From Vulcanimicrobiota bacterium (lineage in GTDB: Bacteria > Vulcanimicrobiota > Vulcanimicrobiia > Vulcanimicrobiales > Vulcanimicrobiaceae): a stretch of DNA of 64,000 bases. Made by a program: the position numbers and the translations under genes. The stretch spans positions 544,001 through 608,000 of the forward strand of contig CAVRQT010000002.1 of assembly GCA_963723515.1 (NCBI GenBank), given 5' to 3'. This document shows, piece by piece, positions 8,987-19,770 of this stretch. Below the pieces are notes generated by a model that saw only the letters and a program-made list of their open reading frames with translations, had not been told where the DNA came from and ran no database searches. How positions within the stretch are numbered: the first letter of the stretch is position 1; each line of letters opens with the position of its first letter.

Positions 8987-11571
8987 GCAATGCCTGCTGT
9001 GCGCCTTCGGGCCTGCGGCCTCCGCCTTGCGCGATCAAGGCTTGTCCTCCGCCGCGTCCATCGACCAGCGGCGCAGCAACTTTGATCAGGTTGCCGGCGT
9101 GAACGCCGCTGTGCGTCAAATCCTCGCTCGCTGAAACAACGAGACTCACGCTGGAATTTTCAATCCCGGCCAGCGCGATGACGCCGCTTTGCAGACGGCG
9201 CCGAATGGCGCTGCTGAGGTGTCGCAGCGTCTCGCTGTTTGCGTCATTCACAACGGCGCTGACGAATGTCTTCTCGCCGACGCGTTCTGCTTGCTCGACG
9301 TAACGTTGTGCGTCCGCCGCAGCAACGCGCGCCCGCAGGTCGCCGAGGTCATTTTGCAGCTCACGCACCTCTTGCTGCAAGCGATTGACGCGTTCGCTTA
9401 ATTCTTGCGGCGTAACCGACAGTGTCGATGACAGCTCGCTGACGAGCGACTGTTGACGATCGACAAACGCTTCGGCTGCCTCGGAGACGCAGGACTCGAT
9501 GCGGCGGATTCCGCTGCCCGATCGAAGACTCATTCGTGATGATGAAGATGCCCAACTCGCCGGTCGAATGCGAGTGCGTGCCGCCGCAAAACTCGATCGA
9601 AGGGCCGGCGGTTACAACGCGAACGCGTTCACCGTACTTCTCTCCGAACATCGAAATGGCGCCACGCGCATGCGCCTCTTCGATCGGCAAGATGTCCGTG
9701 CGAAGCGGCGTATCATCGCGAATCATCTCATTGACTCGCGCCGCGACCGCGCGACGCTGCTGCGGCGTCAGCGCACCATGCGGCCATCGAAAGTCGAATC
9801 GCATGCGATCGATGCCGACCCACGAACCGGCCTGCGCCACATCTTCGCCCAGTATATCCTTGAGCGCACGCTGCAAGAGGTGAGCGGACGTGTGGTGGCG
9901 TCGAATCTCGCGGCGCCATGCCGGAGCGACGGCCGTATGGACCAGATCGCCGACCGCAAAACGTCCGGCGCTGACGGTTCCGACGTGCGCAATCGCTTCG
10001 CCGATATACTGCGCGTCCGTGACGTCGAAGACGAGCATCGCCGAACGTGATGACGCCCCGATCGCCGATCTGGCCACCTTGTTCTGCGTAGAATGATGTC
10101 CGATCCAAAACGATCTGCGCACTTCTCGCCTTCGCGAAATCGACTCGACAGGCGCATCGTCTTTGAGAATCGCGACGATCTCGCCGTCGGCTTCAAGGCC
10201 CTCATAGCCGTCAAATTCGCTCTTGCATCGCCGGCAAGTCGGCCATCGATCACGGTCGCACGTTTGGCTGCAGCATCCGCACGCGCGCGTTCCGTTGCTC
10301 TTCCATCTCAGCTTTAAAGCCGCGCACATCGACAGCCACGCCTCGCTCCGCCGCGATCTCTTGCGTCAGCTCGATCGGAAAACCGTACGTGTCATGCAGC
10401 GTAAAGCATCGCTCCCGCCCAACGAGCTTCGCGCTTTCTCTCGCACGTCTTCAAGCATGCGTCCAAGAGGGACAGCCCGCGCTCGAGCGTTCGTTCAAAG
10501 GCTTGTTCCTCGGTGCGCAAGCCCTGCTGAATGCGTGTCACGTTCCGGCGCAACTCGGGATAGCCGGTCTGGAGCGTCTCGATGACCGCCGGCACAAGGC
10601 GACGTGAGGAAACCACTGCGGTAGCCCAGCAGCCTGCCGTTTCGGATGGCGCGCCGGATCAAGAATCGCAAGACGTAGCCGCGATCGGTGTTCGACGGAT
10701 AAACGCCATCGTTGAGTAAGAACGTGACGGCACGAGCATGGTCCGCAATGATGTTGCGGCGTACCTTCTGCTCTTCGGACGTAAGAGAGGTGCCCGCGAC
10801 GCGCGGCTGTGCCGCTACAATATCGAGAAAGAGATCCGTTTCATAGATCGACGATTTCCCGTTGACGAACGCGAGCATTCGTTCGAAGCCGGCACCCGTA
10901 TCGATGTTCTTACGCGGAAGTTCCTCGAGCTTGCCGTCCGCGGCGCGATTGAACTGCTGAAAGACGAGGTTCCAAAACTCGACCCACCGATCGCCGAGCC
11001 CCGGAGCCGTATCGTTCGGCCCCGCCGCGTTTGCTTCACCGGTATCGAAAAAGATTTCCGTTGAAGGGCCGCACGGGCCGGTCGCCCCCATCGTCCAAAA
11101 GTTGTCCTCGTCAAAACGCGTGATCAGCGACGGTGCAAGCCCGATGTCATGCTCCCAAATCGAGGCTGCCTCATCGTCGCTGATATGAACCGTTACGGCG
11201 AGCTTTTTGGGGTCGAGCCGAATGACGTTTGTAACGAAGTCCCACGCATACTCGATCGCTTCGCGCTTATAGTAATCGCCGAAGCCGAAGTTGCCGAGCA
11301 TCTCGAGGAACGTGCCGTGGCGGCCGGTTCGGCCGACATGTTCGATGTCGCTCTTGGCGCCCGCAACGCGCAGACAACGCTGAATCGTGACGACGCGCGG
11401 CGCCGGAGCCGGCTCATCGCCCAAAAACGCCGGAACAAATTGCTCCATGCCGGCGATAGTGAAGAGCGTCGTCGACATCTTGTCTGGAATTAGCCCGGCG
11501 GACGGCACCGCTTTGTGTCCGCGAGCGGTAAAGAAATCGATGAAGGCGGCGCGGAGTTCTTCGCTGCGCAT
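8952..11571 (-). CDS. alaS: Alanine--tRNA ligase (several apparent frameshifts between about 9520 and 10620)
   Basis: [66 protein letters not shown] and GRGGG...AQGGG pieces spread over different frames. Confidence 0.95.
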
Positions 11572-11656
11572 AGTTCCTAACTACGATTACGCCGGTTCGA
11601 CACCTCGACCGGCTCGGTGGCCGGAGGAGTCGAAACCGCCCGGCTTGCTCTGCGGC

Positions 11657-12463
11657 CTACTCTTGGAGGACGGTTTTGAGCTTTTCCAATGCCTTTTGCT
11701 GCAGCCGAGAGACATGCATCTGCGAGACGTTCAGGCGCTTCGCAATCTCCGTCTGTGAGACGTTCTCGTAAAACCGCAGGTAGAGTATGACGCGTTCGCG
11801 TCCGCTGAGCACCTCAAACGCCCGCTCGAGGTTGGCCTTATCTTCCAGCAATGTTAAACCGGCATCGGTCGTGCCGATGTAGTCGCCGAGCGTTTGCGAT
11901 TTTCGCTCCCCTTCAGCACTGACTTCGGTATCGAGCGAAAGCAGATTATAGGCCTGTCCCAATTCCTGCGCTTCAAGGATTTCTTCTTCGGTCGCATTGA
12001 GGTGTTGGGCCAACTCCGCAATCGTTGGACTGCGGCCCAGTTTCACCGCGAGCTTTTCGATGGCGCGGTTGACGCTCAAGTTGAGTTCCTGCAGCCGGCG
12101 CGGGACTTTGACGGCCCAACCTTTATCGCGAAAGTAGCGCTTGATCTCCCCGACGATCGTCGGTGTCGCGTAAGTGGTAAACTCAACGCCGCGATCGAGA
12201 TCGAATCGATCGATCGCCTTGAGCAAGCCGACGGTGCCGACCTGAATGAGGTCATCGAGCGCCTCACCGCGGTTTGCAAACTTGACCGCTAAGTAGCGCA
12301 CGAGATTCAGATGCGCAACGACGAGCTCGTTTCGCAAGTGGTCGTACTCAGCGTCCGCAACGTCTGCGCTGGCGCGCCGTTTGCTGGCGACAGCGAAACG
12401 CGCGAAGAGTTCGCGCGTCTTTTCTCGATCCCAGCGCTCGGCGTCGGCCGAATGCAAGTGCAC
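11657..12463 (-). CDS. sigB: SigB/SigF/SigG-family RNA polymerase sigma factor
   Basis: DDLIQVGTVGLLKAIDRFD, FTTYATPTIVGEIKRYFRDKGW, SQMHVSRL; downstream of anti-sigma and anti-anti-sigma genes. Confidence 0.92.
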   Translation of the reverse strand: MHLHSADAERWDREKTRELFARFAVASKRRASADVADAEYDHLRNELVVAHLNLVRYLAVKFANRGEALDDLIQVGTVGLLKAIDRFDLDRGVEFTTYATPTIVGEIKRYFRDKGWAVKVPRRLQELNLSVNRAIEKLAVKLGRSPTIAELAQHLNATEEEILEAQELGQAYNLLSLDTEVSAEGERKSQTLGDYIGTTDAGLTLLEDKANLERAFEVLSGRERVILYLRFYENVSQTEIAKRLNVSQMHVSRLQQKALEKLKTVLQE

Positions 12464-12894
12464 TAACTGGAGACTTTTTTGGTCATCACCAGATCGGTCC
12501 CGCGTCCATCTCCGACTTCGTAGTTGACGTTGTCCATCAACGAACGAATCAGAAAGATACCAAGGGCGCCGATTTGCTGCTCGGACTCGAGCGTTGCCGG
12601 CGGCGCTTCAACTGAAGGCGCCGGTCCAGCGAAACTGCGCACGCGAACGGTGATGCCCTCGTCTTTCGTCTCGCAGAGGATCTCGATCTGGTCGGCGGCA
12701 TCGCGCTGCAGAATGCAGTTGGTGCACGCCTCGGCGACCGCGAGTTTGACGTCTTCGATTTCCTCGACGGAGAAGTTCAGCCGATTAGCGATTGCCGCCA
12801 CCGCAAGCCGCGCCACTGCTACCCACTCGGCGCGTCGTGGGATGCGCAGTTCGACGACTCCAGCGGTGCCTTCGCTCATCGTGAGGGCATTCAC
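12463..12894 (-). CDS. rsbW: Anti-sigma factor, RsbW-like
   Basis: IEDVKLAVAEACTNCI N-box; GALGIFLIRSLMD; G1 box degenerate. Confidence 0.88.
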   Translation of the reverse strand: MNALTMSEGTAGVVELRIPRRAEWVAVARLAVAAIANRLNFSVEEIEDVKLAVAEACTNCILQRDAADQIEILCETKDEGITVRVRSFAGPAPSVEAPPATLESEQQIGALGIFLIRSLMDNVNYEVGDGRGTDLVMTKKVSS

Positions 12895-13235
12895 ACCAGA
12901 GCTTTCATGGCCGATTCTTCATCGTCGTAGATGCCGAAGATCTTGACGAGTCCGGTAATGTCAAAGATTTTCTTGATCTGCGGATTCGTGCAAACAAGAT
13001 TCACTGAGCCGCCGTGCTCCCGAACGCGCTTCAAACCGCCGATCAGCACGCCGAGACCCGTTGAATCGATGTAACGAACTTTCCCGAGATTGATGACCAA
13101 GTTGTAGTGACCTTGATCGATCAACTCCGTGATCGCGTCTTTCACCTTGGGTGAGGTATAGACGTCGATTTCGCCGCTCAACTCAACAACGTACGCATGT
13201 CCGGCTGCTTGCCGAACATTGACTTTGATATCCAC
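12891..13235 (-). CDS. rsbV: Anti-sigma factor antagonist (STAS), RsbV-like
   Basis: LSGEIDVYTSP; YIDSTGLGVL phosphoserine motif; IFDITGL; AGGAGA RBS before GTG. Confidence 0.92.
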   Translation of the reverse strand: MDIKVNVRQAAGHAYVVELSGEIDVYTSPKVKDAITELIDQGHYNLVINLGKVRYIDSTGLGVLIGGLKRVREHGGSVNLVCTNPQIKKIFDITGLVKIFGIYDDEESAMKALV

Positions 13236-13267
13236 GCTTTCTCCTAGCACAGATGAAGACGCATCGT

Positions 13268-13642
13268 TCACGCAGGTTCCCGAGAACTTTCCGCTGCTTG
13301 CGCCGAGAGGTCATCACGAGTCGCCTCCGCAGCCGTGCGCGCTTCTTGCTGCGCCTCACTCACTTGCGAGCGCGCGTCATCGACAACCGAGCGGCCCCGC
13401 TGATAGAGGCCCGCGGCATTGGACTGGAGATCGGTGGCCATGTTGCTCACCCGGTCACGAAGATCGCCGGTTGCATCTTTCGCAAAGTTTGCTGCTTCGC
13501 GCGCCTTGCCGAAGACGATGTCGCGCGTCTCTTCACCCGTCTGCGGAGCCAACATCATCGCCAGTGCGCCGCCGACCACCGTTCCGAGGACAAAGCCGGC
13601 AAAAAATCCGCCCTTGCTCTCCGATCCGTTGTTCTGTCCCAT
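13268..13642 (-). CDS. YtxH-domain general stress protein
   Basis: GFFAGFVLGTVVGGALAMMLAPQTGEETR is the YtxH signature. Confidence 0.88.
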   Translation of the reverse strand: MGQNNGSESKGGFFAGFVLGTVVGGALAMMLAPQTGEETRDIVFGKAREAANFAKDATGDLRDRVSNMATDLQSNAAGLYQRGRSVVDDARSQVSEAQQEARTAAEATRDDLSAQAAESSREPA

Positions 13643-13679
13643 CGTTCTTGAACTCCTTACTTGCGATTGCGCGCCAAAA

Positions 13680-14099
13680 TTATGCGCTCGGTCCGCCCTT
13701 GCTTCGGCCGTCGATCAGCCGGCGCAGGCCGGCCGTCACGCCCGAGAGTGTCGCTCCCACGTTAACGAGCGCCGGCGACACAGCGTTCTGTGTCAGCTTG
13801 GCCGTCGAGGCGATGCTGCCGGCGACGCCTTCTAAGGACTTGACCGCTCCGCCGAGCCGCGCCACGGTTGCGTCTGCGGTGTCCGCAATACCGCCGATGT
13901 GCGTTAGCGTCTCTTTGACCGGCGTCCCTAGCGACGCGAGCTGGCGATCGACTTCGTCGAGCGTGATATTCAGGCGCCCTAGCGTTGAGGCGAGCCCGCG
14001 CATCGCGATGAAAAGCCCGATGCCTCCGGCGAGCACTCCGAGGCCAATCAACGCAACGCCGACGTCTTGCAGAATCGTCCAATTGAAGCCGGTAGTCAA
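13680..14099 (-). CDS. DUF948 (YoxC/YtxG-like) membrane-anchored protein
   Basis: N-terminal TM helix plus amphipathic coiled region; precedes ytxH-like gene; GGAGGA RBS. Confidence 0.7.
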   Translation of the reverse strand: MTTGFNWTILQDVGVALIGLGVLAGGIGLFIAMRGLASTLGRLNITLDEVDRQLASLGTPVKETLTHIGGIADTADATVARLGGAVKSLEGVAGSIASTAKLTQNAVSPALVNVGATLSGVTAGLRRLIDGRSKGGPSA

Positions 14100-14163
14100 G
14101 AGATCATTCCTCCAAGCGCGGCATTTACGACCGTTCCTCTCATTCCCTCGAAGGGATCAATTG

Positions 14164-15334
14164 TTACCTAACACCTGCTAAATGATCCGCCGCGCTCGCT
14201 TCACGCAGGTCGCTCACGGCGATCGTGAGGATGTCCGAAAGGCGTTCGATCTGCCGGTCCGTTGTCGAACGGCCGAACGAAAATCGAACCGCACCGGACG
14301 ACCGCTCATCTTCGTAGAGCGCAGAAATAACGTGGCTCGGCTCTGCGGCGCCGGATGCACACGCGCTTCCCGCAGAAACTGCGACGCCCTCGAGATCCAG
14401 CCGCATCACCAATGCATTCGAGTCGACGCCCGCAAACGAAACGTTCGAGATGTGAGGCAAACGGGCGGCGCCTGATGCATTGATCGTTACGCCGCCAACG
14501 CGTTCGACGATGAGCTCTTCGAAACGAGCGCGCAACGCCGTCACCCGCGCTGCTACATTCGCGCGTTCTTGATCGGCAAGTAGACAACGCTGTGGCCATT
14601 CCGGCGATCGCGGCGACATTTTCGGTTCCTGCGCGTTTGGCGAGCTCCTGGCTCCCGCCGACGAGTTGGGAACGCAGCGGTGTGCCCGTGCGGGCGTAAA
14701 GCGCGCCGATCCCCTTTGGCCCATAGAATTTATGGGCCGAGATCGACAGCGCGTCGATTCCAAGTTCTTCAACGTCGATGCGAAGATACGCCGGGGCTTG
14801 AACCGCATCAGTATGAAAGAGGATACCGTGCTCGTGCGCTATCGCCGCAAAGTCGGCGATCGGTGAGATCGTGCCGATTTCGTTATTGGCGAGCATCAAG
14901 GTTGCGAGCGTTGTCTGCGGTCGTAAGGCTTGTGCAAATTGCGTGCGGTCGACCAACCCATTCTCATCAACGGGCAGCCTCGTGATTTCCCATCCTTCGT
15001 CACGCAGACGATCCGCCGCATGCAGAACGGCGTGATGTTCGATCGACGACGTAACGATGTGCCGCCCGCGTTCCCGCAACGCCTGAGCGATGCCGAAAAT
15101 CGCCAGATTATCGGATTCCGAACCGCCCGAAGTGAAGACGATCTCCCTCGGCTGGGCACCGATCAGCCGAGCGATCGCAGCCCGCGCATCGTCGATGACG
15201 CGACGCGCCGCCCTTCCTTCTTGATGCAATGAGCTCGCATTCAAGCCGCCGCTCAGATGAGGAAGCATCGCCTCAAGCACTTCCGGGCGCAACGGCGTCG
15301 TGGCAGCATGATCGGCGTAAATGCGAGCGTTCAT
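14164..15334 (-). CDS. iscS: Cysteine desulfurase IscS/NifS (apparent frameshift near 14580)
   Basis: YADHAATTP, FTSGGSESDN, HTDAVQA, SAHKFYGPKG, RAGTENV, then SAGSACASG and VRFSFGR in another frame. Confidence 0.92.
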
Positions 15335-15457
15335 TGCATCCCAGGTTCGTGAAATTTTCATCTGCTTCCCAGCACGTTCTCAGCCAGCGGCGCTATCTTC
15401 AGCCTGTGCGAAGCTCCAACGCACCATACATAGACCTCCGAGAGTAGAGAACGGGTA

Positions 15458-15489
15458 GCAGGAGCCCGCTGTAAAAAGCGGGCTCCTGC
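15458..15489. terminator. Perfect 13-bp hairpin just after the rarA stop
   Basis: gcaggagcccgct-gtaaaa-agcgggctcctgc. Confidence 0.6.
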
Positions 15490-15494
15490 GCTTT

Positions 15495-16829
15495 CTAACC
15501 ATTTTTGTTGCCGGAAGTCTTAGCCGCGGCTCTTCGTTTCTGAATCCACGCCGCGAGCTTCGCTTCCTCACCTTGTTCGCCGGGTGCATAATATGCGCGC
15601 CCTGAGAGATTCTTTGGAAGGTAGGCCTGAAGCCGTTCTGCCGGCGGCAGATCTGCTGCGTGTTCCATATCGGCATAGTCGACATGCGCGTATTTGTAGT
15701 CGCGGCCGTAGCCGAGCGCCCGCATGAGTCCTGTAGGCGCGTTGCGCAGGTGCAGCGGCACCGGTTCGTTGCGCGTTTCCTGAACGTCAGCCAAAGCGGC
15801 GCTGTAAGCGCGTCCGACGCTGTTCGATTTTGGCGCCGTTGCGAGATACAGCGCGCAGTGCGCCAGCGGATAAAAGCCTTCCGGCATCCCGACAAAATGG
15901 ACCGCTTGCTGCGCCGCCATCGCAATCTGCAGGGCGCGAGAGTCCGCCAAACCGACATCTTCAGAAGCTAAGATCACCAGCCGCCGTGCGATGAAGAGCG
16001 CGTCTTCGCCTGCATCGATCATTCTCGCGAGCCAATACACGGCTGCGTCGGGATCGCTTCCGCGCAGGCTCTTGATGAAGGCGCTGATCACATCGTAATG
16101 TTGATCACCGCCTTTGTCGTAGTTGATCGCTCGACGCTGCAGCGCGTCGGCTACGAGCGCCGCGGTGATGATGCGCTTGCCGTCTTCGCGGGGCGTCGCT
16201 GCGGTTGCGGCAAACTCGAGCGTCGCAAGCGCAACGCGAGCATCGCCGTTGCTCAGGTTCAGCAGCGCATCACGTGCCTGCGGCTCGAGCTCGACCTTCA
16301 TCGCCCCTAAGCCGCGGTCGCGATCCACAAGCGCTCGATCGACGATTCTGCCGGTATCTGCATCACTTAGCGCATGCAGTACGAAGACGCGCGAACGCGA
16401 GAGCAGCGCGGAGATCACTTCGAACGACGGATTCTCTGTCGTGGCCCCGATCAACGTGACGGTCCCGTTTTCAACGTACGGAAGCACCGCGTCTTGCTGC
16501 GCTTTGTTGAAGCGATGAATCTCATCGATGAAGAGGACCGTGCGCTTTCCGACGGCGCGTCGCTGGGTCGCCGCTCCGATCGCGCGCCGCAGGTCGCTTA
16601 CACCCGCGCTGACCGCGGAGAGCGACGTGAACGTTGCGCCCGTCATGCGCGCAATAATCTCTGCAAGGGTCGTTTTGCCACTGCCGGGAGGCCCCCACAA
16701 AATCAGTGATGGAACGGCGTCGCGCTCGATTGCGACGCGCAGCGCACGCCCGGGGCCGACGATGTCTTCTTGACCGACGAACTCATCGAGCGTTTGCGGT
16801 CGCATCCGCGCGGCGAGCGGCGCCTGCAA
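15495..16829 (-). CDS. rarA: Replication-associated recombination protein A (MgsA)
   Basis: PLAARMRP, GPPGSGKTT, FIDEIHRFNKAQQD, GATTENPSFE, SAFIKSLRGSDPDA, VPLHLRNAPT. Confidence 0.96.
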   Translation of the reverse strand: MQAPLAARMRPQTLDEFVGQEDIVGPGRALRVAIERDAVPSLILWGPPGSGKTTLAEIIARMTGATFTSLSAVSAGVSDLRRAIGAATQRRAVGKRTVLFIDEIHRFNKAQQDAVLPYVENGTVTLIGATTENPSFEVISALLSRSRVFVLHALSDADTGRIVDRALVDRDRGLGAMKVELEPQARDALLNLSNGDARVALATLEFAATAATPREDGKRIITAALVADALQRRAINYDKGGDQHYDVISAFIKSLRGSDPDAAVYWLARMIDAGEDALFIARRLVILASEDVGLADSRALQIAMAAQQAVHFVGMPEGFYPLAHCALYLATAPKSNSVGRAYSAALADVQETRNEPVPLHLRNAPTGLMRALGYGRDYKYAHVDYADMEHAADLPPAERLQAYLPKNLSGRAYYAPGEQGEEAKLAAWIQKRRAAAKTSGNKNG

Positions 16830-16858
16830 TCCGCTCGCCTCGCCAAAGAGCGAGGGAT

Positions 16859-17608
16859 TCAGAAGGGGAGGATTCTCTTTTTCTTGCGCGGCGTTGGAGC
16901 CGGCGCGGGCGCTCCCGGCTCTGCACCAGGGAACTGCATGACGATGTGGCCGCGCGCGTGGAGCGCGCCGCTTTGCGTATTGTATAGGATGTGATCGGCA
17001 TCCATGGCTCGGTCCCCATCGACGACGTGCACGGCACCCGTTAGATCGAGATCGTGCGTTATATCGTTGAGCACGCCGTGGTTGGCACTGCCGCTCTGCA
17101 CGCCTTCGGCGAAATGCAGCGATTCAAGCGTCAGCATCTTTGAGTTGTCATCAAGCGTGCCTTGACGCGCATCGATCACACGGCTTCCTTGGACGTAGTG
17201 AACGTTGCCGATCGCCGTATAGAGCTTGTTGAGACTATCGATCTGCAGTTCATCGCTGGTCAATGTCGCCGGTCCCGCAGCTGCGGTCCCGGAGGGACTG
17301 AAATCGGATAGTCCGGCACCGCCTTGCTGATCGTGCACGACGACGTGCCCGTAGAGCGTCGCACGCTTGCGTGCAAAATTGCCCTTAGCTCGATCCGCTT
17401 CAATCGAGCGGTTCGGACAGTTGACCGAGATGTGCGTTGGAACCGTGAAGTCTCCGGCTCGAAAGTTGTTCGTATCGAGCGCTCCGGTGCTGATGCGGCA
17501 AAGTCCCATGCTAAAGGAAACATGCGACGGCTGTGCGGCCGCAGCCGCCCCTTCAATGCCGGCGGCCGTCATCAGCAAGGCGAGCAACCAGAGAAATCCC
17601 TTCAGCAT
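16859..17608 (-). CDS. LptA/OstA-like exported beta-jellyroll protein
   Basis: Signal peptide; repeated LYGHVVV / AIGNVHYVQG / LTGAVHVV / ARGHIV strands; ADHILYN. Confidence 0.7.
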   Translation of the reverse strand: MLKGFLWLLALLMTAAGIEGAAAAAQPSHVSFSMGLCRISTGALDTNNFRAGDFTVPTHISVNCPNRSIEADRAKGNFARKRATLYGHVVVHDQQGGAGLSDFSPSGTAAAGPATLTSDELQIDSLNKLYTAIGNVHYVQGSRVIDARQGTLDDNSKMLTLESLHFAEGVQSGSANHGVLNDITHDLDLTGAVHVVDGDRAMDADHILYNTQSGALHARGHIVMQFPGAEPGAPAPAPTPRKKKRILPF

Positions 17609-17616
17609 CTTATCCT

Positions 17617-18264
17617 TTATCTTCGCACCTTTATTGTTTGGCGAACGACCGGTCCCAGCCGCTCGCTCACGTAATCTAGCGAAAGCGCGCCTTCGCGCAG
17701 CAGTCGCGGCGCCGGCCCGGAGATATCGACGACGGTTGATTCGGCGCGAAATTGCGTCGGGCCGTTATCGACCAGAAGATCCGCTTCCGGCAGCGCGCTG
17801 ACATCCTCGTCACCGTAGTATGGGCGCTCGCCGCTGGCGTTCGCGCTTGTCGCCGCGAGCGGCCCGACGCGATCCAAGAGCGCGCTGCACAAGGGATCTT
17901 CGGGTACGCGGAAACCGAGCGTCGTGAGGCCCGAACTGACGTCATCATAGATAAACGCAGGCCGGCGCACGATCAGCGTCACGGGTCCGGGCATCAGCCG
18001 CCGCGCCGCGAACGTCGCGATCGCGTTTGCCGGTACGTACTCTAAAAACTCCGCAACCGTTGCGAGATGCAGACTCAGCGGTTTGTGATCGGGCCGTTGC
18101 TTGGCTTGGTAGATCTTATCGATCGCATCGATGCGGAACGGGTCGCATCCGATGCCGTAAACTGTGTCGGTCGGAAAGATCACGGTGCCTCCACCGTAGA
18201 TGACAGCCGCAACCTCGTTGCAAACGCGCTCGAGCGGTTCGCGCCTCGCATCAATCCGCTGCAA
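17617..18264 (-). CDS. tsaC: L-threonylcarbamoyladenylate synthase (TsaC/Sua5/YrdC)
   Basis: FPTDTVYGIG, KQRPDHKPL, PGPVTLI, ATSANASG, STVVD. Confidence 0.93.
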   Translation of the reverse strand: MQRIDARREPLERVCNEVAAVIYGGGTVIFPTDTVYGIGCDPFRIDAIDKIYQAKQRPDHKPLSLHLATVAEFLEYVPANAIATFAARRLMPGPVTLIVRRPAFIYDDVSSGLTTLGFRVPEDPLCSALLDRVGPLAATSANASGERPYYGDEDVSALPEADLLVDNGPTQFRAESTVVDISGPAPRLLREGALSLDYVSERLGPVVRQTIKVRR

Positions 18265-18295
18265 CGCGCTGCCCTTCGCTTATTTTGGCGCCTGG

Positions 18296-18393
18296 ATCAG
18301 CATGAAGCCCCCAACGTATTGTCCGGAGACGCGCCCGGAAGACTCTTCCTATTAGCAAGTCTCCGGCCAATACGTTAGGGGCATCACGCCGAT
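18296..18393 (-). repeat. 98-nt structured hairpin element, copy L
   Basis: About 35-bp stem whose mismatches read as G-U on the minus strand; 44-bp core (18321-18364) identical to copy R. Confidence 0.85.
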
Positions 18394-18491
18394 AGAAATT
18401 CTCGTTCGTTGCAGCATTCTAATCTTAGACGGCCGCTGAGGCTCCAGGCAGCCACTCGTCAAGCCCGACCGACATCTACGCCTCCTCTCAC

Positions 18492-19770
<1,279 letters not shown>

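Noticed and set aside
8952..11571. alaS, aspS, hisS, fabF and others as pseudogenes or programmed frameshifts
   Set aside because: Essential genes with intact motifs and no shared slippery site; sequencing indels are the simpler explanation.
11575..11656. T-box leader before alaS
   Set aside because: Only about 85 nt with one imperfect hairpin; no T-box consensus or terminator.
18321..18364. Type IIS sites (GAGACG, GAAGAC, CTCTTC) suggesting synthetic DNA
   Set aside because: No other vector features, and the natural-looking compensatory divergence of the arms argues for coincidence.
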